The notes under the pieces: generated by a model
Databases searched by the model: none
What the model was told of the DNA's origin: nothing
What the model saw: the letters and a program-made list of their open reading frames with translations, nothing else
Origin: Macrostomum hystrix
Taxonomy: Eukaryota > Animalia > Platyhelminthes
NCBI GenBank assembly: GCA_950097015.1
Contig: CATNEN010000002.1
Coordinates: 4,836,001 to 4,900,000, forward strand
Reading direction: 5' to 3'
Length of the DNA: 64,000 bases
Position numbers and translations under genes: made by a program
Shown: piece after piece, positions 35,059 to 48,890 of the stretch
Position numbering within the stretch: the first letter of the stretch is position 1
How the letters are laid out: every line of letters begins with the position of its first letter

Positions 35059-36207
35059 GTAAGAAACATGCGGAACGATCTAAATCACTATCCCAAACCC
35101 AACTCAAAGACTAATTTTGTGAGAACAGTTTTCTCGGCGGTCCTACAGTGCTCATGATGGCCTGAGCAGTTGTTGTTTGAGCACAATTGAAAGGGTTGAG
35201 TTACTTTACTGTCATTTTTTTCTGCTAATAAAAGAATGGTAATAAAACTTGCTTCTAACAATGAGCTATTTTTTCAATTTGGCCTGTCTCAAATAAATAT
35301 ATTACAATTGCTGTTTTCTAAAGCAAAGTTTGTGAGCTCAGTCTCATTCTGATAGCTACCCATGTCTGCCCTAACCCTAACAGAGACTGTGTGCTCGAGG
35401 GTATTGTGATGAAGCTGCAGCTTAGTGCATTGTCCAGAATTTTTTTTCCGCCTGAATAGTTCGAGGTATTATTCTTTGGCTTGAGACTGCTTGAGACTGA
35501 TGAGACCCCTTAGCAACTAGACCCCTACGATGCCAGAACCAAAGCAGCCATGATGAAGCCATTCCACACTGCACCCACCCCACTCCCTAGCAGAGGCATG
35601 GAGATGAATATGTTTTGCAGCACCTCATTCTCGCGGTATAGATAGAAGAGGCTTTGAGTGCACTCACTTTTGAGTCCATAGCAACGGCTTGTTAATCGAA
35701 GTCTTGTGGTTAATGCACAACTTGCTTATAACTTGGTGTCTCCTTTTATACTGAGAGTGGAATTGTAACTCAGTACTCAAACTGTCATTACTTTTTCGTC
35801 CAGCTGTCGAAGATTCTGTGGTTTCTTCCACATTGCTCTGCTACTTTGCTGTATAATTTCACCCCACTCCCGACAAAAATGTTTTTTGTCTTCTGTCTGC
35901 AAGTTAAAATAATTCTATGTTCCTAACTTGTCTACACAAATCCTAAATTGAAAAATATCCCAAAATTTATCAAGCATGCTAACGCTAAAATGTAATTCTT
36001 GCTTTGATTCCGAACGGTAATCTGTGCTAAGAACACAGACTTGAAAAATAAATCTGAATTTCCGCGATAAATGTCAACCGCTTTGTGCATCATTTTAGCC
36101 TACTGTTAGTAGAAATAGAAGACAATTGCTTTTTATTTCTTAAAACACCAATTATCAAACTTTGGTGAGGTTCCAAAGCCGAGCTAAACAAAATATAAGA
36201 AATTAAA

Positions 36208-36540
36208 TCTAACAGGTAGTTTGAGTGTCTAACAGGTGGTTTGAGTGTCTAACAGGTAGTTTGAGTGTCTAACAGGTAGTTTGAGTGTCTAACAGGTAGT
36301 TTGAGTGTCTAACAGGTATTTTGAATGTCTAACAGGTAGTTTGAGTGTCTACCAGGTAAGTTTGACTGTTTAACAGGTCGTTTGACTGTCTAACAGGTTG
36401 TTTGAGTGTCTTACAGGTAGTTAGAGTTTCAAATAGGTGTTTTGATCGTCTAACAGGTGTTTGTCGAACAGTGTCTAACAGTTTATTTTATTGTCTAACA
36501 TGTGGTTTGACTGTCTAACAGGTGGTTTGACTGTCTGACA
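36208..36540. repeat. 20-nt minisatellite (GTCTAACAGGTAGTTTGAGT)n, degenerating 3'
   Basis: Direct inspection. Confidence 0.9.
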
Positions 36541-37170
36541 CATTAGAGTCTGCTGGATCCCGCAGTGTTCAGCAGGACAGCCGGTACAACAACACGGATA
36601 GTTCAGAGCTATACAGAATGCTATAGGCCAAGTGATATCCAGTTGATTACCCTTGCAGCCTGTGCAACACAAACAGAACTGGATTTTCTGCTGATTTTGG
36701 CACTAATGAACAATTAAAAATTGTCTAGAAAAAGAAAATGTCACCAAGGATGGCAATGACCATTCTAAACTTGCCATCAGTCAATCAAATGCCAGACAAG
36801 TTCCCCTCTGATGCATTGGCACAGAACTGATGTCGACTAGCTGGTCAGAAACAAGCAGAAGAAACACTTGTTAGGGCAATAACAGTAACACAGCTGTAGT
36901 TTGCGGGCAGCTGCACTGTTAGCATATGTGGGTGTTCCTGGATGGCTTCACCGCAAATTGCAGACATGGCGGAGATACGATAATTTCACCTGGAGATGCA
37001 TGTCCAGGGACAATTTGGGATTGGCATTGCTGAGGGAGGGGCAGAGTAGAGAAATTTAAAAGTTCAACAAAAACTTATTAAATTATTTGAGGAATCTTTC
37101 AGTCACTGGAAGTTATTAAAGAAACTTTTCAGTTTCTCGATCAAATTTTCCTATTGAGACAGTAGTATTC

Positions 37171-38600
37171 CACTCACCTGAAATATCTATTCAACTCACC
37201 TGAAATATCTGTTCCACTCACCTGAAATATATATTCAACTCACCTGAAATATCTGTTCCACTCACCTGAAATATCTATTCAACTCACCTGAAATATCTGT
37301 TCCACTCACCTGAAATATCTATTCAACTCACCTGAAATATCTGTTCCACTCACCTGAAATATCTATTCCACTCACCTGAAATATCTATTCCACTCACCTG
37401 AGATATCTGTTCCACTCACCTGAAATATCTATTCCACTCACCTGAGATATCTGTTCCACTCACCTGAAATATCTGTTCCACTCAGCTGAAATATCTGTTC
37501 CACTCACCTGAAATATCTGTTCCACTCACCTGAAATATCTATTCAACTCACCTGAAATATCTGTTCCACTCACCTGAAATATCTGTTCCACTCACCTGAA
37601 ATATCTATTCCACTCACCTGAGATATCTGTTCCACTAACCTGAAATATCTGTTCCACTCAGCTGAAATATCTGTTCCACTCACCTGAAATATCTGTTCCA
37701 CTCACCTGAAATATCTGTTCCACTCACCTGAAATATCTGTTCCACTCACCTGAAATATCTGTTCCACTCACCTGAGATATCTGTTCCACTCACCTGAAAT
37801 ATCTGTTCCACTCACCTGAGATATCTGTTCCACACACCTGAGATGTCTGTTCCACTCACCTGAGATATCTGTTCCACTCACCTGAAATATCTGTTCCACT
37901 CACCTGAAATATCTGTTCCACTCACCTGAGATATCTGTTACACTCACCTGAGATATCTGTTCCACTCACCTGAAATATCTGTTCCACTCACCTGAAATAT
38001 CTGTTCCACTCACCTGAGATATCTGTTCCACTCACCTGAAATATCTGTTCCACTCACCTGAAATATCTATTCCACTCACCTGAGATATCTGTTCCACTAA
38101 CCTGAGATATCTGTTCCACTCACCTGAAATATCTATTCCACTCACCTGAGATATCTGTTCCACTCACCTGAAATATCTATTCCACTCACCTGAGATATCT
38201 GTTCCACTCACCTGAAATATCTGTTCCACTAACCTGAAATATCTGTTCCACTCACCTGAAATATCTGTTCCACTCACCTGAAATATCTGTTCCACTCACC
38301 TGAGATATCTGTTCCACTCACCTGAGATATCTGTTCCACTAACCTGAAATATCTGTTCCACTCACCTGAAATATCTGTTCCACTCACCTGAAATATCTAT
38401 TCCACTCACCTGAGATATCTGTTCCACTAACCTGAAATATCTGTTCCACTCACCTGAAATATCTGTTCCACTCACCTGAAATATCTGTTCCACTCACCTG
38501 AGATATCTGTTCCACTCACCTGAAATATCTGTTCCACTCACCTGAAATATCTGTTCCACTCACCTGAGATATCTGTTCCACTCACCTGAGATATCTGTTC
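37171..38600. repeat. 22-nt minisatellite (CCACTCACCTGAAATATCTGTT)n, ~64 copies
   Basis: Direct inspection; the minus-strand unit contains TTTCAG|GTGAGT. Confidence 0.97.
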
Positions 38601-38759
38601 TGAGATACCTGAGATAGCAGGCTTAGTATTTCTGGCACGGATAATTTATGATCGGTGAGAAACTCGAAGTCGTACTGTTTTGCTCTGTGGCCTTCAGCCC
38701 CTCCGATGCCGCGATCTTTCACCCTCCGCCATTTGCCCCCTCCCCGGTCGCAACACAAT
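38586..38759 (-). CDS. Possible internal exon of an unidentified minus-strand gene
   Basis: Acceptor CACAAACACAG and donor AG|GTGAGT; 174 nt, phase 2-2, open in one frame only (LCCDRGGGKWRRVKD...KQYDFEFLTDHKLSVPEILSLLSQ); may join a 78-nt phase 2-2 exon at 36952-37029. Confidence 0.35.
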
Positions 38760-39119
38760 CTGTGTTTGTGATGAAGAAACTGGTTTTTTGATCCGGTTTT
38801 CCAGCAAAGTTTGCCTAATGCTCTCAATGTACAATTGGCCTCTATAAAAGTCAATTTCCAGTGCAGCATATGTTAGAACACTAAATATTTAGTGACAGTA
38901 TTTTAATGATTGACACCTGTAGCGGAGTTTTTGTTTGTCAACTTAGCTGAAATACTGTCTGATTAAATTTGATGATCTGTATAAACAGCTGGCTATTTTG
39001 ATAGATCAATAAAGTTAAATAAGTGAACTTTAGACTTGTGTCAGGACTTTGACACTGCCGAGAGATTACTGGATTGAAAGCTGGGTGGTTCAAAGACATT
39101 GCCTGAGTAACTGGAGAAA

Positions 39120-39832
39120 ATTTTATGACCAACTGAATGACTAAATAACTGTTCGTGACCAACTGAATGACTAAATAACAGTTCATGACCAACTTAATGA
39201 CTCAATAACAGTTCATGACCAACTGAATGACTAAATAACTGTTTATGGCCAACTGAATGACTAAATAACTGTTCATGACCAACTGAATAACTAAATAACA
39301 GTTCGTGACCAACTGAATGACTAAATAACAGTTCATGACCAACTTAATGACTCAATAACAGTTCATGACTAACTGAATGACTAAATAACTGTTTATGGCC
39401 AACTGAATGACTAAATAACTGTTCATGACCAACTTAATGACTCAATAACAGTTCATAACCAACTGAGTGACTAACTAACAGTTCATGACCAACTTAGTGA
39501 CTAAAGAACAGTTCATGACCAACTTAGTGACTAAAAAACAGTTCATGACCAACTTAGTGACTAACTAACATTTCATGACCAACTGAATGACTAAATAACA
39601 GTTCATAACCAACTGAGTGACTAACTAACAGTTCATGACCAACTTAGTGACTAAAGAACAGTTCATGACCAACTTAGTGACTAAAGAACAGTTCATGACC
39701 AACTGAGTGACTAAAGAACAGTTCATGACCAACTTAGTGACTATAGAACAGTTCACGACCAACTTAGTGACTAAAGAACAGTTCATGACCAACTGAATGA
39801 CTAACTAACAGTTCATGACCAACTGAATGACC
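39120..39832. repeat. 30-nt minisatellite (GTTCATGACCAACTGAATGACTAAATAACA)n
   Basis: About 24 copies. Confidence 0.95.
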
Positions 39833-40629
39833 AAAGATGGTCATTGCTAGCGAGACCTCTCCTCCTCCCTGCTGTCGCTGAAAATGGCAGCCTATATTGT
39901 CGAATTTTGTATCGACTTCGACGTAGCGATGTACGCTACGACGTGAAGTACTTTAATTATTTTGCAGAATACTGGTCAAATTGCAGCATCAGCTTTGTTA
40001 GTGTTTCTTTTTCTTCTAATTTTCTATCATTGACAGTTAAGAACTATTAGCTACAGTCAAAGCAAATATTTGTTAGGTCTTCTCGCTGTGAGAAAAAACT
40101 AAAAGTTTTTCGAGTGTAGCAGCAAGTGTCATTCGATTCTTAACTAAGGAAATGCTTTTCGAGCATTGCTACAAGCGTTATCGATTCGAAACTGAATGAA
40201 GACTGTTCAAGCATTCGTAGAAGTCAGCGTTATTTTATTTTCAAAACGAAAGAAAAGTGTTTCAAACATTAGGCCTACTGCAAATCGTTGTTAGATTCAA
40301 AACTCATGGAAAATACCTATATTGCAATCGTAGCTAATGGCATTATTCCTTTTTTAAATGTTGCGTTTTTTCAAGCAGGAAATGTAACATTTTCCCTTTA
40401 TTTTGAAAGCACAAAAATTCGAAGGAAAACATAAAACGAAAAAGAATTCAGCGTTAGATATAAATCTAACGCTGCGTGAAATTTGTGGAGAAAACCATTA
40501 GATATCTAGGGAATATCATGATTTCATGAAGAGATAGCATGCGATTTCCAGGAGAAAGAATGGGATTTTCAGGGAATAATTCAGGGAATCTGGGATTTTG
40601 AGGGTAATGCTTATTATTTTCAAAAGGAT

Positions 40630-42125
40630 AGAATGAATTATCGAGGCGGTAGAATGAGTTATCGAGTGGGTAGAATGAGTTATCGAGTGGGTAGAATGAA
40701 TTATCGAGTGGGTAGAATGAGTAATCGAGGGGGTAGAATGAGTTATCGAGTGGGTAGAATGAATTATCGAGTGGGTAGAATGAGTTATCGAGTGGGTGGA
40801 ATGAGTTATCGAGTGGGTAGAATGAGTTATCGAGTGGGTAGAATGAATTATCGAGTGGGTAGAATGAGTTATCGAGGGTGTAGAATGAGTTATCGAGTGG
40901 GTAGAATGAGTTATCGAGGGGGTAGAATGAGTTATCGAGGGGGTAGAATGAGTTATCGAGTGGGTAGAATGAATTATCGAGTGGGTAGAATGAGTTATCG
41001 AGGGGGTAGAATGAATTATCGAGTGGGTAGAATGAATTATCGAGTGGGTAGAATGAGTTATCGAGGGGGTAGAATGAATTATCGAGTGGGTAGAATGAGT
41101 TATCGAGTGGGTAGCATGAGTTATCGAGTGGGTAGAATGAGTTATCGAGAAGGTAGCATGAGTTATCGAGTGGGTAGAATGAGTTATCGAGTGGGTAGAA
41201 TGAGTTATCGAGTGGGAAGAATGAGTTATCGAGGGGGTAGAATGAGTTATCGAGTGGGTAGAATGAGTTATCGAGTGGGAAGAATGAGTTATCGAGGAGG
41301 TAGAATGAGTTATCGAGTGGATAGAATGAGTTATCGAGGGGGTAGAATGAGTTATCGAGTGGGTAGAATGAGTTATCGAGTGGGTAGAATGAGTTATCGA
41401 GTGGGTAGAATGAGTTATCGAGTGGGTAGAGTGAGTTATCGAGAAGGTAGCATCAATGATTGAAGGGAAGCATGAATTATCGATAGGGAAGCATGAATTA
41501 TCGATAGGGAAGCATGAATTATCAATAGGGTAGCATGAATTATCGATAGAGTAGCATGAATTATCGATAGGGAAGCATGAATTATCGATAGGGAAGCATG
41601 AATTATCGATAGGGAAGCATGAATTATTGATAGGGAAGCAAGAATTATTGATAGGGTAGCATGAATTATCGATAGGGTAGCATGAATTATCGATAGGGTA
41701 GCATGAATTATTGATAGGGTAGCATGAATTATCGATAGGGAAGCATGAATTATTGATAGGGAAGCATGAATTATTGATAGGGTAGCAAGAATTATTGATA
41801 GGGTAGCATGAATTATCGATAGGGTAGCATGAATTATTGATAGGGAAGCATGAATTATTGATAGGGAAGCATGAATTATTGATAGGGAAGCAAGAATTAT
41901 TGATAGGGTAGCATGAATTATCGATAGGGTAGCATGAATTATTGATAGGGTAGCATGAATTATCGATAGGGAAGCATGAATTATTGATAGGGAAGCATGA
42001 ATTATTGATAGGGTAGCAAGAATTATTGATAGGGTAGCATGAATTATCGATAGGGTAGCATGAATTATCGATAGGGTAGCATGAATTATCGATAGGGTAG
42101 CATGAATTATCGATAGGGTAGCATG
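40630..42125. repeat. Two adjacent related 21-nt arrays: (AGAATGAGTTATCGAGTGGGT)n 40630-41450 and (GCATGAATTATCGATAGGGTA)n 41460-42125
   Basis: Direct inspection; explains the 557-aa low-complexity ORF. Confidence 0.97.
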
Positions 42126-42209
42126 AGTTTTCGACTGAATTATGCTTTAATTCGCCCATGCTACCCACCAGTTTATCGAGGGGTAGCATTAGTTATTATC
42201 GAAATGTCC

Positions 42210-42500
42210 TGCTGGGAGGACATTGGCTCTCTGCTGCTGGGGGACATTAGTTCTCTGCTGCTGGGGGACATTAGTTCTCTGCTGCTGGGGGACATTAGTT
42301 CTCTGCTGCTGGGGGACATTAGTTCTCTGCTGCTGGGGGACATTAGTTCTGTGCTGCTGGGGGACATTAGTTCTCTGCTGCTGGGGGACATTAGTTCTCT
42401 GCTGCTGGGGGACATTAGTTCTGTGCTGCTGGGGGACATTAGTTCTCTGCTGCTGGGGGACATTAGTTCTCTGCTGCTGGGGGATATTAGTTCTCTGCTG
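42210..42500. repeat. 24-nt minisatellite (GGGACATTAGTTCTCTGCTGCTGG)n
   Basis: About 12 copies. Confidence 0.95.
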
Positions 42501-42639
42501 CAGGGGCGGCGAAAGGTGCTAGTTAAATAAATAAAAAATGTTTATGACAAACAATATAACTGAGGAAATATCTATAAATGTATGTCTGAGTTATAGTGAA
42601 TGACTAACTAAGTTACTATTTAAAAAATTAATTATCCAG

Positions 42640-42800
42640 TGTCTAACATATTGTATCCAGTGTCTAACATGTGTTATCCAGTGTCTAACATGTGTTATCC
42701 AGTGTCTAACATGTGTTATCCAGTGTCTAACATGTGTTATCCAGTGTCTAACATGTTATATCCAGTGTCTAACATGTGTTATCCAGTGTCTAACATGTTT
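42640..42800. repeat. 21-nt minisatellite (CCAGTGTCTAACATGTGTTAT)n
   Basis: About 7 copies. Confidence 0.9.
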
Positions 42801-43907
42801 ATTGGTTGCTTATAGCAACAGCGGCATTGCTTCAAGCCTATAGCGGGCAAGAAAAATGTTCAAAATACACTTATTCTACCTGGGAAAAATCTAATCTACT
42901 CTTCAATCGAGACACAGAAAGCGGCTAGTGCGCAAAGACAATCTATTTCGATCAAAAACAGGCCATCAAGTTTTCGGGCTTCGCAAACTGAATTCAAGAC
43001 CCTTCAAAATGACCCAGATGCTTCAAACAGATAAACAGGAAGCCTTTACGAGAAGAAAAATTAGCTTAAAGCTGGAAGCACAAAAAAATTGGCTATAGGG
43101 CCGATCTTTCTGCCGAGATATCCGATAGCCTAAGACACACCCCCACTGTGATTTAGCCGCATGCCTTCTAAAAGAAGATAGATCTTTTAGAAGTTCTGCC
43201 TCGGATACCAAACTATTTATTACTCGCAGCGGGGGTCCGTTACTTCAACGGGCAGCTGGGACACCTGGCTTCATCGCACTTTCCACCGCACTCACCCCCC
43301 ACCCACCGATCTTGCCCGCTTGGCAATTTTACGAAGGGCTGAAATAACTCCGTTTGATTGGCCCCAGCAACCAAATCGAAAAAGTGGAAACAACGAGTAG
43401 TTGCGGTGCGGACCAGAATTGACATGGAGAGGGATTTTTTCACAAGCGAAATTTCTCAAAACCTGTACTTCACAGGCCTAGATATCACACGACTCGATCA
43501 GCTAATCACTCGGTTTTGAACTGAAAAAGTGCTCGAATATTTATTAAGGAATTCCAGTTTTGTGTGTGCCAGCCTGCAGCACAGAGCTGAACTTGCCCCC
43601 ACCGGGTGAAAAACGAGCGAAGTTCAGTTCGCATTATTGATGGCCCGTTTTAGAATTGCGGCACTGCTGCTGGAGTGGGAGGGGGTTGGTCATTAACCGA
43701 CCATTAAAAATGCACCCCCCACCTTCATGGAGGACAGCCGCCTCAACCTCCGCCACCAACCGCCCGCAATCGGAGACCATAAATAGCCGGCAATGAGGGC
43801 GCCAGCAGCTTCAGAACTTTCAGAGCCAAACGGAGCTCTCGCGAAGACGGTCGCAAATCAGTTTGGGTCTGGAGCATCAAGCTACGCGCGTCGTGTTTTC
43901 ATCTGCA

Positions 43908-44868
43908 ATGCAGCTCCATCTCCTAGTAGCAAATTTTCTGCTCGCCACTGTACTCTGCTGCAACCACGAGGCAGGCCCCATCACCCAGCCATCGTCATTA
44001 CTATCTGGGATGATGCAAGAGACCGAAGTAGATAAACATTTTTTTACGAAGACGCCGCTGCTGGCTTGCCGAAGGACACCATCCGGCGGTTTCGTGAGCC
44101 TGAAGGCCTTCCGTGCGATCCACAGCAGCCGCGAGACGATCTGGGTCACCGTCGGCGCGCCGAGCCTCACCCGGAATCCGGCCACCGGGCGCATCTTTGA
44201 GCCCAGTCTGCCCGGCGAGGGCGGCTTCTCGGCCCGACTCTTGCTTAACTATCCTGGCGATGACGAAGCTCTCGCCGAAGCCTCGACCGCCGCTGAAGGC
44301 TCCGCTGTGTTCCCCTGCCAGATAATCCGATTGTCGACCAGCCGGCTGAACTGCACTGCAGCAGTTCGTCTGCCCGATGGCTTCACTGTGATGGCTGCAG
44401 GCTCTTCTGCCTGGCTGCACTCTCTGCCAGAGCGTTTAACAGACACCGCTCGGGTGGTATTCAACTCTCTGGGCGGAGTCTGGCTTCCGAAGGCTCTGCA
44501 GGATCTGGAAATGCGCGGCGAAGTTGTCTGCCGTGTGAGCGCCCTGAAGCCCGTGGCTGGCGATCATCACGCCGTGATGATCGCCAGCGACTTCCTTCTC
44601 CGCTCTGCGGACGCCCTCGATCTGACTCCAGAACTCGCGGCAGCCGCCTCAGTGCCAACACAGCAATGTCCGCATGGCATATCATTAAGGATCGACGTCC
44701 TGGCCGCGTACAACTTCCGGTCGAGTCGGCGAATCACGAATCTGGCACCAGGAAATAGGGGCCACTTCAGGTTGCTCCTCAGGGGTCGGGTCAACTTCAC
44801 AACGGAGGGCGTCGAGCTGCCAGGCAGAAGCTGGATCGAAGTGGACACGGAAAACGGGACGCTGACTG
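43908..44868 (+). CDS. Secreted protein, exon 1 (signal peptide MQLHLLVANFLLATVLCC; beta-rich region of unknown family)
   Basis: GC-rich ORF, hydrophobic N-terminus, donor G|GTTTGT (phase 1). Confidence 0.65.
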
Positions 44869-44949
44869 GTTTGTGATTTCCACTGACATTTTCTAGTGAT
44901 GTTTATGAGTAATAATCCAATCTGATGTAAAAATTATCCAACTCTGCAG

Positions 44950-45473
44950 AACACATGCGCTTCGGCAGTCAGTGGAGCGTCTTCTTCATGTTCAGAATTG
45001 CAGCCGAGTCCAGCCATCGCCAGGCCAGCTTGTTCTCCGTGCACGCCCAGGACAACCCCAAAGCCTGCTCTGCGCTGGCTTGGACAACCAGCTCATCCCG
45101 GAGAGGCATTCAGGACGGCATCTACACCAGGCAGCGAAACCTGCCAGGCGGTTACTCTAGCGGTCAGACCACCCAGCCGCATCTAAACCCCCGCCCCGGC
45201 GCCTGGAACCAGATCGGCATTGCGTCCGACTCACGCGGCCGCCAGACTGTCTTCATCAACGGGGCGATGGCCCCGACGGCTGCGAGGTACCGATTCCCTA
45301 TGCCGCGGTCAGCGAGCGAAGAGGGGCAGGCCTTCCTGCGCCGCGCCCTGTCCATCGGGCTTGTGCGGGGGCCCCGGGAGGCCATGAGGGGCGCTTTCCG
45401 CTGCTTCGGCGTAGCTCGCGGAGCCCTCAGCCACGAGCAATTTTACAACGCGTTCGATATCTACTGCCAGTAG
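44950..45473 (+). CDS. Secreted protein, exon 2: LamG/concanavalin A-like (pentraxin-type) domain
   Basis: Acceptor CTCTGCAG, phase-matched across an 81-nt intron; WSVFFMFR...GAWNQIGIASDSRGRQTVFING...LSIG...FRCFGVARGALSHEQF follows the LamG_3 pattern; total 494 aa. Confidence 0.65.
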
Positions 45474-46019
45474 TGTCAGTAGTGTGATGATTGGACTCCG
45501 TCTGTTATCCCCGATAAATAAAAGTCGATCCAAATCACAGAGACAACTTCGGTGACCAGACTTCACACAATTTAGACAGCTTTCTCAGGTCGAGAAAAGT
45601 GATGGAAAACATTTGAATGAAAAAATAGGAAAACATTCGCCGCCAGTCTACTTAAAGTAGAAAAACTGTTTTCTGATTCTCAGTAGAAATAAAATTTCGC
45701 TGACGGTACTCGTACTTTTGCTTCGCTTATAGTCAAATTGAATGGTAACTCGTACAATGTACGTACGCGCGCTCACATCAAGCTTTCACATACTGGTGAT
45801 TACGCAATCAGTTTAATACTCGTAGTACACATCCGCCTTGAACGCAATTTCACTTATTAGATTAATCAAAACTGGATTTCGCTTAAAATATCTTGAGTCA
45901 ATACGCAAAAAGGATATCCACTTTTCAAGTCATGCGTGAAATAATGAACAATCAGTTATCATATTCGTGGAAAAACTTCATACTTCATACTTTTAAAAAA
46001 CTAACTGGTAAGTCTAGCA

Positions 46020-48345
46020 CACAAATCAACACAGATCCCAAACCACACTCACAACAACACAGATCCCATACCACACCCACAACAACACAGATCCCAAACC
46101 ACACCCACAACAACACATCCCATACCACACCCACAACAACACATCCCATACCACACCCACAACAACACAGATCCCATACCACACCCACAACAACACATCC
46201 CATACCACACCCACAACACAGATCCCAAACCACACCCACAACAACACAGATCACATACCACACCCACAACAACACAGATCCCATACCACACCCACAACAA
46301 CACAGATCCCATACCACACCCACAACAACACAGATCCCAAACCACACCCACAACAACACAGATCCCATACCACACCCATAACAACACAGATCCCAAACCA
46401 CACCCATAACAACACAGATCCCAAACCACACCCACAACAACACAGATCCCAAACCACACCCACAACAACACAGATCCCAAACCACACCCACAACAACACA
46501 GATTCCAAACCACACCCACAACAACACAGATCCCAAACCACACCCACAACAACACAGATCCCATACCACACCCACAACATCACAGATCCCAAACCACACC
46601 CACAACAACACAGATCCCATACCACACCCACAACAACACAGATCCCATACCACACCCACAACAACACAGATCCCAAACCACAACCACAACAACACAGATC
46701 CCAAACCACACCCACAACATCACAGATCCCAAACCACACCCACAACAACACAGATCCCATACCACACCCACAACAACACAGATCCCAAACCACACCCACA
46801 ACAACACAGATCCCAAACCACACCCACAACAACACAGATCCCATACCACACCCACAACATCACAGATCCCATACCACACCCACAACAACACAGATCCCAT
46901 ACCACACCCACAACAACACAGATCCCAAACCACACCCACAACAACACAGATCCCAAACCACACCCACAACAACACAGATCCCAAACCACACCCACAACAA
47001 CACAGATCCCAAACCACACCTACAACAACACAGATCCCATACCACACCCACAACAACACAGATCCCATACCACACCCACAACAACACAGATCCCATACCA
47101 CACTCACAACAACACAGATCCCATACCACACCCACAACAACACAGATCCCATACCACACCCACAACAACACAGATCCCATACCACACCCACAACAACACA
47201 GATCCCAAACCACACCCACAACAACACAGATCCCATACCACACCCACAACAACACAGATCCCATACCACACCCACAACAACACAGATCCCATACCACACC
47301 CACAACAACACAGATCCCATACCACACCCACAACAACACAGATCCCAAACCACACCCACAACAACACAGATCCCATACCACACCCACAACAACACAGATC
47401 CCAAACCACACCCATAACAACACAGATCCCATACCACACCCACAACAACACAGATCCCATACCACACCCACAACAACACAGATCCCATACCACACCCACA
47501 ACATCACAGATCCCATACCACACCCACAACAACACAGATCCCAAACTACACCCACAACAACACAGATCCCAAACCACACCCACAACAACACAGATCCCAT
47601 ACCACACCCACAACAACACAGATCACATACCACACACACAAAAACACAGATCCCAAACCACACCCACAACAACACAGATCCCAAACTACACCCACAACAA
47701 CACAGATCCCAAACCACACCCACAACAACACAGATCCCATACCACACCCACAACAACACAGATCCCAAACCACACCCACAACAACACAGATCCCATACCA
47801 CACCCACAACAACACAGATCCCATACCACACCCACAACAACACAGATCCCATACCACACCCACAACAACACAGATCACATACCACACCCACAACAACACA
47901 GATCCCAAACCACACCCACAACAACACAGATCCCATACCACACCCACAACAACACAGATCCCATACCACACCCACAACAACACAGATCCCATACCACACC
48001 CACAACAACACAGATCCCATACCACACCCACAACAACACAGATCCCATACCACACCCACAACAACACAGATCCCATATCACACACACAACATCACAGATC
48101 CCAAACCACACCCACAACAACACAGATCACATACCACACCCACAACAACACAGATCCCATACCACACCCACAACAACACAGATCCCAAACCACACCCACA
48201 ACAACACAGATCCCAAACCACACCCACAACAACACAGATCCCATACCACACTCACAACAACACAGATCCCATACCACACCCACAACAACACAGATCCCAT
48301 ACCACACCCATAACAACACAGATCCCAAACCACACCCACAATAAA
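46020..48345. repeat. 28-nt minisatellite (CACAGATCCCATACCACACCCACAACAA)n, ~80 copies
   Basis: Direct inspection; source of the many Cys/Val/Gly/Trp ORFs on the minus strand. Confidence 0.97.
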
Positions 48346-48729
48346 ACATTTACCAAATTTTAATTATAGACTGTCTAATAAAGGATAAAGACTCGAGGTA
48401 AAAAATATTTAGCATTTGCACACTTGCAAACTTGACAATAATTTAGTCAGTTCGAGACAATTATCTAAATTTATCGTTCTCAGTAAGCACAGCTAGTTTA
48501 TTAATCGTGTGGTACCGTTCCATTTGAATGCAGATCATCTATCACGAAGCAAAGTTACCTTTCACATTAAAACAAGCATAAAATTTTCCTACTTTTTATT
48601 GGAGAAAAAAAATCATAAGAAGCAGGTAGTACAGAATCATACAGCAGAATAACTTGTGCAAAACGGTTGAGATAGTTAGCAAGATTTGTACAGCCGATAC
48701 AGGCAAGGGTGCGAAATAAGAGTTCGGGA

Positions 48730-48890
48730 GAGACAAGGGGTGAGAGGAGACACACTGGGTGAGAAGAGAGACGCTGGGTGAGGGGAGAGACACTGGGTGA
48801 GAAGAGAGACGCTGGGTGAGGGGAGACAAGGGGTGAGAGGAGAGACACTGGGTGAGAGGAGACATGGGGTGAGACGACAGACAATGGGTG
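48730..48890. repeat. Degenerate ~19-nt purine-rich repeat (GGGTGAGAGGAGACAC...)
   Basis: Direct inspection. Confidence 0.8.

Noticed and set aside
40516-42189. 557-aa ORF (and 276-aa MSYRVGR-repeat ORF on the other strand)
   Set aside because: Stop-free translation of 21-nt minisatellites; no splice or codon evidence
45985-48349. Many Cys/Val/Gly/Trp-rich minus-strand ORFs resembling keratin-associated or metallothionein proteins
   Set aside because: Translation of a 28-nt satellite in all three frames
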